Part shown: positions 13,291-26,550 of the stretch, piece after piece | Numbering within the stretch: the first letter of the stretch is position 1 | How the letters are laid out: each line of letters starts with the position of its first letter | NCBI RefSeq assembly: GCF_030144855.1 | Contig: NC_082731.1 | Span: forward strand, 20,584,001-20,648,000 | From: Hypanus sabinus | Lineage: Eukaryota | Length of the DNA stretch: 64,000 nt | Reading direction: 5' to 3' | Notes under the pieces: generated by a model | The model's database searches: none | Told to the model about the DNA's origin: nothing | Seen by the model: the letters and a program-made list of their open reading frames with translations, nothing else | Made by a program: the position numbers and the translations under genes

Positions 13291-13739
13291 GGGCCTGTAC
13301 TCGGGGAATTCAGAGGAATTTATATGCGTGAACCTTATACTTTCAGTCGAAAAACCTGTGCCGTTTCACAACTTGTTAGAATGCTCCGAGGAAAGATCAT
13401 GTAATTCTCTTTCCACAGAAGTTTCCCGGCATCTAATATATCCGTACTTCAACTTCTGCGGCCACCATTTTGGTTTCATTTAGGGAATTGACTCTTGATT
13501 CATTANNNNNNNNNNNNNNNNNNNNNNNNNNNNNNNNNNNNNNNNNNNNNNNNNNNNNNNNNNNNNNNNNNNNNNNNNNNNNNNNNNNNNNNNNNNNNNN
13601 NNNNNNNNNNNNNNNNNNNNNNNNNNNNNNNNNNNNNNNNNNNNNNNNNNNNNNNNNNNNNNNNNNNNNNNNNNNNNNNNNNNNNNNNNNNNNNNNNNNN
13701 NNNNNNNNNNNNNNNNNNNNNNNNNNNNNNNNNNNNNNN

Positions 13740-13900
13740 GTTCGAGTCCTTGCGTCGAGAGCGCAGTGAGTCAGTAGCCCTCAGCTTTAAATATTCAGTC
13801 ACATCACCATACGGAACATGAGTTGGAGTTGCTTGACTTGTCCCGTTATCCTGAAGCAGGTGACACCCAATGGATCCAGTCAATGCTATCTCTCTAATAG
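13740..13900 (+). pseudogene. Possible very decayed V remnant between two gaps
   Basis: ESVALSFKYSVT resembles FR1 (EGETASLSCSFSVT of the 2.4-kb V). No Cys, Trp or RSS to confirm. Confidence 0.3.
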
Positions 13901-14639
13901 AGGAAATTTCTAGTTTCAAAGAACAACAGTAACCTAGGCAGAGGGAAGAACAAATAGAGAAATACANNNNNNNNNNNNNNNNNNNNNNNNNNNNNNNNNN
14001 NNNNNNNNNNNNNNNNNNNNNNNNNNNNNNNNNNNNNNNNNNNNNNNNNNNNNNNNNNNNNNNNNNNNNNNNNNNNNNNNNNNNNNNNNNNNNNNNNNNN
14101 NNNNNNNNNNNNNNNNNNNNNNNNNNNNNNNNNNNNNNNNNNNNNAAAGAGAGATCGAGCGGGAATTGTACAGAAAGACATACAGAAAGAAAGGGGTAGA
14201 AGAAGTCAAAGTAGAGGTCGCGAGACGAAGAACAGAGCGGCGACCAATGCGAACGAAAAAGGCAAGCACATAGAGCAAGAGAGAAGGAGACGGAGGAAAA
14301 TAAAGGCGAAGATACGAGAGAGAAAGACATTGATGCAGGGTGTGGAGTTGAAATGGAGAGTTTACACAAATGGTAAATATCCAGAGACCACTAAAAGCAC
14401 GGCAGACCATGATGATTACCTGAATTTTCCCGCATTATGATTTCTCTGTTAACATGTCAGAAAAACATTCTGGTTTCATGTCTTATACTGAATACAACAC
14501 AACGTGCTTAACGTCGACGTTCCCAATTGTTACAGTCGATGTGCCGGGTAGGTTTCCCGTTGTTCCAAAATATTCCATGGATTAAGCACAGTCCTGAGGT
14601 GATTAGCCACAATGTGCTTTGTTGATGGAACGATGGCAA

Positions 14640-14890
14640 ACGATTTAATTGCACAAGAGACTACGAGATTAATGACCGAAGATGAACAGACCATGAAAGT
14701 GAACGGCTGTGACAGGAGTCCCAATATATATATTCTTCAGCATTCAGCATCATTAGTAAAATCCAAAATACAGGGTCAGGATATGTGAGTTAGGAGAGAT
14801 GCCCAGTACGATATACCACTGCTTCGGAAAAATACAGGAAACCGTAGAATTAAATATAATCTGGATTCTGGAGATGAATTACGAAATATG
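14640..14890 (+). pseudogene. Decayed V fossil
   Basis: AQETTRLMTEDEQTMKVNGC (FR1), TTCAGCATCA...TCCAAAATA (FR2, as in the 9018 V), GATGCCCAGTACGATATACCACT (CPxRFT region). No RSS found. Confidence 0.55.
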
Positions 14891-14949
14891 TCTTTTGTAT
14901 TCAAATAGTTTCGCAGTACAGGACAAGTCGCAGTGAAAGTAGTAATGAT

Positions 14950-15545
14950 GCAGGCAGAAATTACTGAAGGTCAGCATAGACACCTAAGGGCTCTGCACTA
15001 AGTGTGCTGCACAAGCGAGAGAACTTACTCCTGAAGCCTGCAAAAAGTTGTAAATACAGCGTGTTCATCACAGCTAAAGCTCTCCCCACTATTGAACACA
15101 GCTGCAAGGAGAAAGGCAGCTTCCGTCACACAGGACCACAAACTTTCAGGTCATGCTCTCTTCTCCATCCTGCCATCAGGAAGGAGACACGTGAAATTTA
15201 GGTCCACTCAGGCTCATAAACAGCTATTACCACTCACCCAACAGTCTCTTGAACCAGAGAAGACAACTTCACTCACTCCAACAATGAAATGTTTCCACAG
15301 CCTATGGATTCACTCTCCAGGGCGCTGCAACTCTTGTTCTCAATGTTTTTGACTTAGTTCTTTATTATCATTTTGATTTTTTTTTCTTTTTTGCACAACC
15401 GGATGTTTGATCACCGTTGCAGATTTTCTTCGATTCTGTCGTGTTATTTTATTGGTGAATGCCTGCAAGAATTTCAGGGTAACATGAAATGTCATATATG
15501 TACTTTGACATGTACATTTACTTTAAACTTTGAAATTCAAACTTT
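14950..15545 (+). mobile_element. Rex1/Babar-type LINE 3' end
   Basis: LPTIE...HKLSGHALFSILPSGRR is typical of the Rex1/Babar C-terminus; ACTTT(G/A)AA-type repeated tail. Confidence 0.7.
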
Positions 15546-16636
15546 CAGTTTTTACTCATAAAAGAGTCCCTGTACAAATGGGGACTTCAGCGAGGTAACT
15601 GGATACGGCGTTCCTTTTTTCCTGCCTGTTGCTGATAACTTTGGTGGAAATCGCTATTTACCATTCTGCTGTATTTCTTCGACTCGTTACATTTTGTAGG
15701 CAGAGAACTGTGGACCTAATGGATTTTCACATTTCTAACAAACATTGGGTGTTTTGCCACAATCAACGTTACCTCTGACGTAAACTTTTCAGTAGCAATG
15801 TCTCTGATGGACGATTGACGAGGAAAAGGAAAAATATATGATTAACATTCATTTTGAGTTACCGAGACAGAGAGTCTGAGGAGGTTTAGATTTGTGGTAA
15901 GTATTGACATCTGTACAAAAGTATCGCGAAAACTTTGCCGCTGCGTGAGACACCAGGGATCAAGAGCAGGAATCACCGTGAACTCTGCAATTAAAATAAG
16001 AGTAAAGATTTAATTCAGAAATAAACAAGCAAAAGCTAATTAGAGCTCAGGCAACTGCACAGAATCTTGACGAACTGAAATCAATCCTGATGCACAAGAA
16101 GTCTCGGATTGAGTGTCATCCGATAAGGAAAAACAGGTACCTAGCAAAGAAGGGCTATGGTCAAATACTCTGCCGCCGCGAAATACACCCTGGAGCACGT
16201 AGGGACTTCGTAGTATTCGGTAGCACAAGTGTCCAGGCATAGTAATCACTCCAAAGCCAAAGTGATGAATACAAAGAGTGTTTAACAGTCCCGTTAGTTC
16301 CAAATGAGACAGCTGCAAAGCAAAGGACACACGCAGAGCTAATCGAAAGGCAGCAGATTAGACATAAACAGTAAGCGGTACAAGGACAATGAATATGAAC
16401 GAGGTGATACGGGGAAATACAGTTCAGAGACAAAATGACAAAGAAAAACACGTTTCTTTAAAAAAATCCTAAAGCCCCTGGTTGAGACAACCACATCAAC
16501 TATCCTTTCAGATAATTTGTTATAAACTGCATTGCAACACCAGGACACAAAATAAAGAGTTAAGTTACCGAGAGTGTAATACAGTTAGGCAGTAAGTTGC
16601 AAGGGCCATGGCCGTGTATGCTGCGAACTCAAGAAT

Positions 16637-17018
16637 GCACGTTATCCTGCTGGCAACCATTCAATTTTCTTTCGAGAGTGCTGCAGCTGTTCCTCCGACT
16701 GGTGGTCCGTGTTTCCAGGTTATTTTATTTAATTTTCTGCCCAATAGAAGAACGAGTGGTAATGGTGGGGAGATGAGAAGATATCCGAGATTGGTATGTC
16801 TTGGTGTTTTTTTTTTAATCTGGCAGCTTCACCGAGGCAGCATGAAAGATGGACAGATTTCATGGAGGGCAGGCTGGTTTCTCAGATGCGTCTCTTATTC
16901 TGCAGAGTCTTGCAGTTATGGGCAGAACTGTTGCAATACCAAGGCGTGCTGTATTGATAAATATTTCTACGGGCAAATGGGGACATAACAAACTTCTTTA
17001 GTCGTATGCGACACAGAG
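16637..17018 (+). pseudogene. Possible very decayed V remnant
   Basis: AGAACGAGTGGTAAT resembles the exon-2 start GGAACGAGTGGGAAA. FLIWQLHRG is FR2-like. ...ATGCGA then CACAGAG (17012-17018), but no nonamer at 23 bp. Confidence 0.3.
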
Positions 17019-17659
17019 TTCTGGTGAGGCATCTTGGCCGTGGCGTCGACGCGGTCGTACCGTCTGTTTACTCCTAGGCACCTGAAATGTTCAGAATCAG
17101 AGTTAATAACAATACATGATCCTCAGTTATATAACTTGATAAATAAAGGTTAGGACTTCGGATATCTGTACAAATATTGCAGCTGTTCTACTTAAGTATG
17201 TTCGGGAGGATTCTGCTGATCTTCACCGAATAGCATTGTGCAATTCAGTACTTAATGTTCCACAGTAATACTGGATCTGGATATTAGAGTTCTCTCTGTG
17301 TTTGCTCGCTCTAACGGGTGCCTTCGGGGTTCCCTCAGCATTCAATTCCAGCTCGTCCATGGGGCGAAGACGTCATTGCATTCTCCCTACGGAGGGGTTT
17401 CTCAACTTTGCAGCGACGAGCGATACGCTCTGTAAAGGACTGTCCCTTTTCCGAACAACTTCCGCCCTCTTTCTCTCTGCTGTCAGTACAGTCCTTATGC
17501 AAGGGTTCAGACGTGCAATGGCATAATCCGGAGTAAGATAAGGATCATTGCAAACAGTGTGTTGTGACAGAGGAGCGGACAGAAGAAATTCTAGGAAAAT
17601 CAGTGTAAAACGAGATAGCTTAAGAAAAAAATGGAAAGCGAAATACTGTGAAGGGGAAG

Positions 17660-19080
17660 CGAACCATAGAACCATAGAACATTACAGCACAAAACCAGGA
17701 CTTTAGGCCCTTCTTGGCTGTGCCGAACCATTTTTCTGCCAAGCCCCACCGATCTGTACCTGGCCCATATCCCTCCATACACCTTTCATCCATGCACCTG
17801 CTCGTTTTTCTTAAATGTTAGAATTGAGCCCGTATTTACCACTTCATATGGCAGCTCATTACCACTCCCACCACCTTCTGTGTGAAGAAGCCCCACCTAA
17901 TGTTCCCTTTAACCTTTTCGCCATTCACTCTTAATCTATGTCCTCTGTTTTTTCTCTCCCCTAGCCTTTGTGGAAGAAGCCTGCTTGCATTCACTCTATC
18001 TATACCCATCATAATTTTATATACATCAATCAAGTCTCCCCTCATTCTTCAACGATCCAGGAAATAATGTCCAAACCTATGCAACCATTCTCGGTAACTC
18101 AGCTCCTAAAGTCCCGGCAACATCCTTGTAAACATTCTCTCCACTCGTTCAACCTTATTAATATCCTTCCTGTAATTCGGTGAACAAAACTGCACGCAAT
18201 ACTACAAATTAGGCCTCACCAATGCCTTATACAACCTCACCATTATATTCCAACTCTTTTACTTTGATTTCTAAAGGCCAATGTACCAAAAGCTCTCTTT
18301 ACTATCCTATCTACCCGTTACGCCACTTTTAAGGAATTTTATACCTGTCTTCCTAGATCCCTCTATTCCATTGCATTCCTCAGTGCCCTACCATTTACCT
18401 TGTATGTTCTACTTTGTTTTTTTCTTTCCAAAGTGCAATACCTCACACTTGTCTGTAATAAAATCCATCTGCCATTTTCAGTACATTTTTCCAGCTCGTC
18501 GAGACCCCTCTGCAAGCTTTAATAACCTTCCTCGCTGTCCACTACACCTCCAATCTTTATATCATCAGCAAATTTGCTGATCAAATTAAACACATTATCA
18601 TCCAGATTATTGATGTAGATGACAAATAACAATGGACCCAGCAGTGATCCCTGTTCCACAGCCCTAGTCACAGGCCTCCACTCAGAGAAGCAGTCCTCCA
18701 CTGCCACACTCTGACTTCTCTCATTGAGCCATTATCTAATCTAATTTACTACCTTGCCATGTATACCTAGCGACTGAATCTTTCTAACTAACCTCCCACG
18801 CGGGACGTTGTCAAAAGCCTTACTGAAGTCCATGTAGACAGCATACATTGTCTTCTCTACAGCCACTTTCCTTGTAACCTCCTCGAAAACCTCTAATAGA
18901 TTTGTTAAACACGACCTATCACGCTCAAAGCCGTGTTGACTCTTCCTAATAAGTCCCTGTCTATCTAACTACTTGTAGATTCCATCTCTTAGTACTCCTT
19001 CCTGTAATTTACTTACTACCGACTTCAAATTTACTGGCTTATAATTTCCCAGATTACTTTCGGAGCCTTTTTTAAACAAT
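17660..19080 (-). mobile_element. CR1 LINE 3' fragment (RT C-terminus and tail)
   Basis: Minus-strand ORFs WRPVTRAVEQGSLLGPLLFVIYINNLDD...KFADDIKIGGVVDSEEG and RGDLIDVYKIMMGIDRV; tail CATAGAACCATAGAAC on the + strand at ~17665. Confidence 0.92.
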
Positions 19081-19089
19081 TGATATTCA

Positions 19090-19300
19090 GCTACAAATGA
19101 AAGTCAATTCTTTTGTCTGTTGAGGTCTTAATGGCGTGTTGCATCTTTACTGGCTGTGGAGTCTACGCGCTGATCCTGAACAGGTTATTGGTAATGCTCA
19201 CTCGACCCCTCATTTTTGAAGTCAATGCTAGTTCATTTCTTTTGCTGATACTGGGGGCACTGTTGTCATAGCAACATCTCTGTCTCGTTTCCGTACTCAC
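19090..19300 (+). pseudogene. Possible decayed V remnant next to the CR1 insertion
   Basis: HLYWLWSLRADPEQ (FR2-like) and LILGALLS*QHLC resembling ISGALVSDSAVYLC. No RSS. Confidence 0.4.
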
Positions 19301-20389
19301 TCGTAGTTCATTGACGTTTAGTTGTTTACCACTGCATTGCGAAATTAAGAAAGATGGTTAAATGAAATATTGCCGAGGATCTTGCTTCGAACTATTCCTT
19401 ATATCTTTCTGCCATGCAGCACGAATGTAAATATTCAAGGGAGATAATGGATAGGGAAAATACAGCCGCCAGCTGTTGTAAGCAGCGCTGAACAGAGAGC
19501 GAATATTGCACAGAAAAAAGACAGGAAGCAAAGACGAATGTGGTTCGACTGTTTCGCCTTAATCTCGCAGCACACGAGACCACAGGCTTCCGGGCTTGAA
19601 TTCAGTTTGTAGGTACAGATGGGAACTTAAAGCATTTTCGAGGCAACTATTATGCATTTACACCTGTTGTCCACAACAGTCTGTCACGATTTTGAACACT
19701 TCGCAAGATTTACTTACATACAGGGTCTTTACATTCTGAGAAAGGAGCCATAAGATGTGAGGCAGAAAGCAAACGCAGAAAATAAAATTTCAGTTGAATC
19801 TATTGCCAAGGATAAGAGATTAGCTCACCTATAGAAAAAGTATTAGGGAATAAATATTTGCTGTGCTATTGACAAGGAATATCCAAAGGGATGCTGGTAG
19901 ATTGACAAGTATTTGGTCAATAACTTATAAGATAGATAACAGGACCAGCGCGAAATCATAATTTTGCATATGAATCAGTAATACCTTGGTTAGCATGGTG
20001 TAACATGTTGTGAGAATAGAGAGAGCAGGGGCAGAATAGCAAATAAAGCGAGAGAGAGAGTTCTTAGAGCGAACAAAAGGTATATAAATAGAAATGATTG
20101 TTCAGAAGGGGAGCGAGAGAGAGAGAAAAGGTAGGGAGAGCGCGAGAAAGAGAGACGGCGTAGAGAGAGAGAGGAGGTAGAGGGAGAGAGAGGGGGTGAG
20201 AAAGATTTATAGTGTGGAAAAATGGCAGGAGGGGAATTCAACGGAATTGGATTCTGTTTCGTGTTCCGTTTTATCTACCAATCGTTTAGTAGCGCACTAT
20301 GAAGTCTACTTTTAATACGGGTTTACTGTCCAATGTCTGTCATAGTGATAACCTCTTGGAAGTTTCTTGGCCTCTTTGAAGCCAGAAGT

Positions 20390-20856
20390 ATGTGGTCCCT
20401 CTGTTTCTTATTGATTACATTTGCCATCATGTAAGATGCTGTGTAATTGACAAGGAGAGAATCGTGAGTTCAGTGCAAGTCAGGGAGATGACTGTATTTT
20501 GTCCTTTAATGCAGGAGCGAGAAAGAAATGTTCAGTGATCTAGGACGCTCCAACATTAACGGCTGACGAAGGTCAGATCAACACACTGAATTGCAATTAC
20601 ACACGAACTAATGCTAACATTTTTGATGAACACCGTATCGTGATCATCTCGAAAAATTACTGCTGAAGGTATATGGCTCAGGAAAGCTGGAGCAGCCTCC
20701 AGAATGTTCGAAGAAGCTTACAACAGATATGCATAAAGTCAGAGTAGGCTACTTAAATATCTCGGAATTTCTTGTGCCAGACTCTGGCGTATACAACTGT
20801 GCAATGGAATTCAGTACTTCAGTACTGAAGAGAGACATTTGGTCCGGACAAAATCC
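20390..20856 (+). pseudogene. V pseudogene, first member of cassette copy 1
   Basis: Leader MWSLCFLLITFAI with GTAAG donor; acceptor at 20514; in-frame TAG and frameshifts; LNCNYT...LLKVYGSGKLEQPPEC...DSGVYNCAME. RSS TTCAGTA (20818), 23 bp, ACAAAATCC (20848-20856). Confidence 0.9.
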
Positions 20857-21559
20857 AAGCTTGCATGATCACTAGAGGGCGCCTGTGCTGGCAAACCTGT
20901 ATAGTGTGACGCACAAAGCATGAGGATCACGTGATCAACTCAAGGCGCTGCATTCAGCAGCAAAGTGCGCAAAACAATAAGGAACAATCCATGAATTCCG
21001 CTTTACCAAAGTATGTTGTGGCAGCCTTCCGAAACATTTCCACGATATCTCGTTGGCCATATGTCTCTCTGTTGCCTATCCCCAATAGCTTGTGGTTAAC
21101 CATATCTCGTGGAGAGAAGGATGGACGGTGGGTGTATGGGGGTTAAGAAAAAATGGACTTGATCGGAGTACAGTGGCAGGCAGACAGCTATTGTGAGATT
21201 CAGCGACTGAAATATAGGAAAGTAACGAAAGGGGGAGTAGAGAAGGAGCATTGCTGGAAATGAAGTGTCAGTAAAAGTGGAACGAAAGAGGGAGGGGTGT
21301 GAGAGCGACAAATAGAATAAAATTAAAGCGAATGTTTAAAAAACAGAGAACGTAGTAGGTGGCTACTACAGTCGGTGGCTAAACTCAGGTAGGTGGCTAA
21401 ATAGTCTCAATTCTCACTTCCACGATTCAGCTCACATTTAGCAGAACAATTTACGCAGGTTTTAACGAAGTGAAGGGTGCAGCGCATCGGCCGTCATTCC
21501 CACATATCTGTTGTATTAGCTTATTGGATATAACGTAGCTTTATATCGTGCCTGAAATC

Positions 21560-22100
21560 AGGCAACATGTGCTTCCGTGATCGTTACTGAATACGTTGAC
21601 GGCGCAAATAATCAGTGGGTGTCTCGGAGGGGAGAAATCTATCACTCTGCATCGACGACTAAGATAGAACAAATCATAATGCTGAACTACAATTACATAT
21701 TCGCAAGTGCATGTATATTCCACCGGACTTTTCAGTTTCTGCAAGCAAAGCCCTTACTTTTTAAAACTTTGAAAGATGATGGGTCTCTTAATATCTGTGT
21801 ATGATGTGATAGGAGACCTAAATAAAGTGGACAACTCACACCTTGAAATGGCTTATGCAAGACGACGATATTTTCAGACATTTGGAAGAAATTACAGTGG
21901 AACACCAGGTGAGAGTTTTTTTTTTTAACGAAGAATGTGTTGTCTACACAGCGTGTGCTGTCAGGGAGTCTATTGGTGTGGATAGGAGATGCCTCTCTAA
22001 CAGCATACAAAGCTTAGGGAATAAATCTTGCAGGACATTTGAAAAGCTTGTTCAATGCAGAAAGACTAAAGCAAATTGTCTTAAGGGCCTTCTTAAGGGT
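21560..22100 (+). pseudogene. Truncated V stump (leader, FR1-FR2) fused to a CR1 3' tail, copy 1
   Basis: IIMLNYNYIF... followed at ~21770 by CR1 3' sequence (ATCTGTGTATGATGTGATAGGAGACC...GAAATGGCTTATGCAAGA). Same junction as four other copies. Confidence 0.7.
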
Positions 22101-23594
22101 CTTCAGATAACTAACTAATAAAGCAAATGAATAACTGCATCACACTTCCAGCGAGATATTGCTGATGTTGTAGAAGCGGAAACGTGAAAAATCTTGTGAT
22201 TGATTAGATCATGTGTGCTGTATGTGCAGTGAACATGCAGAGATCTGGGAACCACATGAGGTAGGGCACGCTGGGAAAGGGAGGAGACGACAGAGNNNNN
22301 NNNNNNNNNNNNNNNNNNNNNNNNNNNNNNNNNNNNNNNNNNNNNNNNNNNNNNNNNNNNNNNNNNNNNNNNNNNNNNNNNNNNNNNNNNNNNNNNNNNN
22401 NNNNNNNNNNNNNNNNNNNNNNNNNNNNNNNNNNNNNNNNNNNNNNNNNNNNNNNNNNNNNNNNNNNNNNNNNNNNNNNNNNNNNNNNNNNNNNNNNNNN
22501 NNNNNNNNNNNNNNNNNNNNNNNNNNNNNNNNNNNNNNNNNNNNNNNNNNNNNNNNNNNNNNNNNNNNNNNNNNNTATGATTGCTATAATCCCCTAATTT
22601 AGAAAATAAATACGAATATACTTCGAAACGAAAGCGACGAGTCTCCCAGAAAGTCTCCTTTTTTACTTACTTGAATCACTGCCGTTTTTTCGGGTTAATA
22701 TCTTTAAATCTTCTTCTGTTTATTTTGTTCAAATTACAATTTTCCCGCTGCGAGGTTCGTTCTGTTTAATTACTCTGCTTGGTGAATCTGGCGAATCCCT
22801 CAAAGCGTGCCCTCCAGAGTTAATTGCGTTCCGGCGCCCCTCGCACCTTCGGGGCTTGATTCAGGGACAAATCAGGCAGATTTTGTGAACCTCAGAAAGA
22901 GAGTTTTAATGACCGTTGAACGGACACCGTGTCACTAAGCTGCAGTTACCTGGAATCTGGCTGAACCTATGGATTCCATGGGAATAAAATATTTACGGGC
23001 TATTGACAGGAAATATCCAGGCAGTGTTCTAGAAGTTTGAAAGGTATTCCGTCAATAAGTTAAAAAGCTAATAATAAGTTGAATAACAGCATCAGTGGAA
23101 AGTCATAATTTTGAGGAAGACTCGTAGGAATCGTAGCGGATAGGTTGGTTAACACGGAGTGACCGGGATAGAACAGGGGCAGAATGGCAAAGAAAGCGAG
23201 AGTGCGTTGATAGAGCGTTCAATGCCCAGAGTGAGAAACGAGAGAAAGAAGTAGGTAGGAATAGAGCAAATGAGTAGAAAGAGGAGACAGAGATGAAGAA
23301 AGAATGAGAGATAAATAGATAAATCGAGGAAAGGAGAGTAAGGAGAGGGTAGGAAGAAAGTGAGAAAGAAAGAGAGGGAGTGAGAGGGAGGAGAAAGATT
23401 TATAGTATGGGAGAAGGCAAAAAAAGTATTTTCAACTTAACTGTATTCTGATTAGTGCTCATATAGCCTTTGTTCTGGCTTCATCTGACAATCGCTGAGC
23501 ATTTCACCATTCAGGTCCTAATTCTGATACGCTTTACTCTCCACTACCTGTCACAGTGATAAATCCCTGGAAGTGATTTGCGATCCTATCGGGG

Positions 23595-24031
23595 CTGAAG
23601 CGAGCCAGTTGCTTACAGGTTTCATTCGCCATCCAGACAGCTGAGTCGCTTCACACATGACGAGCGAGAGCGCAGTTCAGTGCAAGTCAGGGAAGTCACT
23701 GCATTCTGTCCTTTATTCAGGAACGAGAAAGTACAATTCTTTGATCAGGATGCTCCTAAATTATCGGCTGACGAAATGCAGTTACACACGAACGAAGACA
23801 AATAATTATCATACACTCAGCATCTCGGAGAGTGTCCTAAAAAGCTGCTGAAGCTCTGTGGCTGAGGAAAACTCGAGCGGCCTCAAGATGTCCAGCGAGA
23901 TTTACAGCTGTTATGCACAAACGCTGACATCTCATTAATATCTCTGGAATTCTTGTCCCAGTCTCTGGTGTATACCTCTGGTCAAAAGACCGCTCAGTGT
24001 TGCAGGGAAGCAGCGGGACTGGACGAAATTC
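23595..24031 (+). pseudogene. V pseudogene, first member of cassette copy 2
   Basis: Paralogous to 50845-51286 and 20390-20856, with a ~20-bp deletion in FR1; GTCTCTGGTGTATACCTC. RSS CTCAGTG (23993), 23 bp, ACGAAATTC (24023-24031). Confidence 0.85.
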
Positions 24032-24613
24032 AGATTTTTGAATTTAGATGTCCCCTAGGGATATTGTGGTGGTTTACCAAAACATTTCTACTATATGGTG
24101 GTGTCGATATCGCTCTGTTGCCTATAAGAATACCTTGTAGCTATTTTTTGCAGGACTTCATTTTCCCCTACCTTGAGGAATGTGCAGTGAAGATGAATGG
24201 AATCGAAAGATCGCTGAGGTTGCATATAACCAGACAGCACTGGTCATGCTTTCACACTAAATGCTCCTGATGAAGATAAATTTCAGGTGGTGTCTACTGA
24301 CATTAGCTTCCTAAAAGTTTAGATAAATGGATGTTTATTTTACGAATTGAAAATTAATAGCGAGTGGACTGGCCTTGGTTCAAATGATGCTCCCACAGCG
24401 AGTTTAAAGCTACTTTGATGATTTACTTAAATTGCAGATTGGAATACAGAGGCAGGAAAAGGGCCATTGAGTGCCATAGCGACGGAAATATCGGCAAGTA
24501 ATAAAATAGAAAACAAAGAAGGGGATTCATAGCCAGAAATGAAGTGTTATTTAAAGTAGAACGAAGAAGGGAAAGGTGAGTTTGACAAATAGAATATAGT
24601 TAGAGTTAATGAT

Positions 24614-25328
24614 CTACCATCAACACAGACTGCGAAAGAATTGGCCTAACCTTAAACAAAAAGAAAAGTGAAATAGTGGTAATATCAAAGAAACCTGATA
24701 CTCCAAACTATAGGGTCATATTGTGAAATGAAATCCTGAAGCATGTTCACAATTTCATGTACCTTCGATCATTGGTAACATCTGATGGCAAATGCGAAAC
24801 AGACATAGAAGGAAGAATTGCAATGGCAAGAACAGCATTTACAGAAATGAGAAACATGCTAACGAACAAGAAAATAGCAATTGACATCTGCCTTAGAACT
24901 CGCAGCTACCACATTCTTCCGATATTGACGTATGGCTGAGATTCATTGACCATCACAAACGCAAAAAAAAAAAGATCAATGCAGCAGAGATGTGGTTGCT
25001 CAAAGAGTGCTATGCATATCATATACGGACAGAATAACCAAGGAAGAAGTTCTACAGAGAACGAAAACAAAACGTCCGTTACTTAACAAAAATCAGAAAG
25101 CAACAATTAAAATTCTTTGGACACATCTTGCGAAGAGAGACATCAGAACATTTAGTTACAACTGGAAGGAAAAAGAAGCAGAGGCAGACAGAGAATGAAA
25201 ATGACGGATGGAATAACAGAATGGTTAGAAACAGTGGTGGCAACAACTACAACTCGGAGTGTCAGGGACCGTGAAGTATGGAGAGACATGATCGCCAACG
25301 TCGAACGACAAGTGACCTGAATGTAAGT
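24614..25328 (+). mobile_element. RTE-clade LINE 3' fragment with target-site duplication
   Basis: FMYLRSLVTSDGKCETDIEGRIAMARTAF...ILTYG. Flanks GAGTTAATGAT (24603-24613) and GAGTGAATGAT (25329-25339); empty paralogous site at 52116-52126. Confidence 0.85.
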
Positions 25329-25539
25329 GAGTGAATGATAAATAAACAGAGATTGAATTAGTTCCATTCTCTTTGGTGGTTTAACAGGCTCAGCTCTGAC
25401 TTCCACGGTTCACTTCCCAGTTAGCAGAGCAAATTACGCAGGTTTTTCATGAAGTGAAGGATGTAGCGTACCTGACATCATTCTCGAAAATCTGTGGTAT
25501 TTGCTTCTTGTTATGTGGCTTCAGACCGCGCGTGAAAGT

Positions 25540-26060
25540 AGAGACCATGTACGTCCTTGATCCTTACTGATTATATCGTCAAAGCTGCCTGGTGAATCTT
25601 TTCGCAAAGGGTCAGTGTGTGCCCCGCAGGTGCAACGAGAGCAGGTGGTGTTCAGTCATTTTGTCCTTCTGCTGTGGAAGCGTGTGGGAAAGATCTAGCT
25701 CTCTGCATCTTTTTCAACTTCAGTTACATATCCGCAAGTGCCTGTATAATCCACCGGTGATTTCAGTTTCTGCGAGCAGGGGCTTTTCTTTTTGTAAAGA
25801 TGGAAATGAGAGGTAACTTAATAGCTGTATAATATGTCAAGAGGCATAGATAGACTGGAGAATCAGCGCTTTGACCGAGGGGTGGAAATGGGGAATACGA
25901 GATTACGATACTTTAATGCGATTGTAAGTAATTACATAGGGCATGCCGATATGAGTATTTTTTAACGAAGAGAGTACTGGCTGCGCAGTCTGTGCTTTCA
26001 GGAGTTTAGTGACGTGTAACGAAGACATTGAATAACTAGTTCAATGCTGGAAAAAATGGA
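25540..26060 (+). pseudogene. Truncated V stump fused to a CR1 tail, copy 2
   Basis: ACCATG...GCTGCCTG/GTGAAT leader end, GTGTGGGAAAGAT (GKD), TTCAACTTCAGTTACA, then CR1 tail GAGAGGTAACTTAATAGCTGTATAAT. Confidence 0.75.
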
Positions 26061-26550
26061 GATTGTTGAACTCTGGGACTACTGTGGTATATATCACAAA
26101 ATAACTGACTAAACAAACAAATAAATAAATAAACTACTTCGAGCGTGATACTGTCCATGCCGAGCAAGCAACCGTGAAACATTCTTAATTGGGTTAATTG
26201 AGTATGATTACACATTGACAAGTTTTTGAATATGTTTTGATTATGCAGAGAACACCGGGGGGTGTTGGAGAGAGAGGGAGAAAAGAGAGAGAGACGTGGG
26301 ACACTGAAGGAGTGGAGAAATAGGCAGAATGACGAGAATGACGTATGAAAAAAAACCTTAAAAAACAGATCGTGATTGGTGCCCAGAAAGTCTCGGTTCA
26401 TTGTGTCAGCCGAACCTTTCACCAGGAAAACGCCCCCGCTCTTGCATATAGTGAAAGGTATCGCTGAAGAGGCCTCACATCACAATATATATGAGTGATA
26501 ATTGCTTCCTGGAAGGAATCTGCCGTTCGATTCAGCCAGAAATTAGACAC

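Noticed and set aside
13470-14410. ORFs containing long X runs (also at 8.5, 22.2, 29, 38.1, 44.6, 45.1 and 49.6 kb)
   Set aside because: Artefacts of reading through N gaps.
17302-17600. Possible V 3' end (TTSALFLSAV...RRAM) with AACAGTG-23-AAGAAATTC
   Set aside because: No Cys or Trp landmarks, and the putative heptamer is about 30 bp too far from the coding end.
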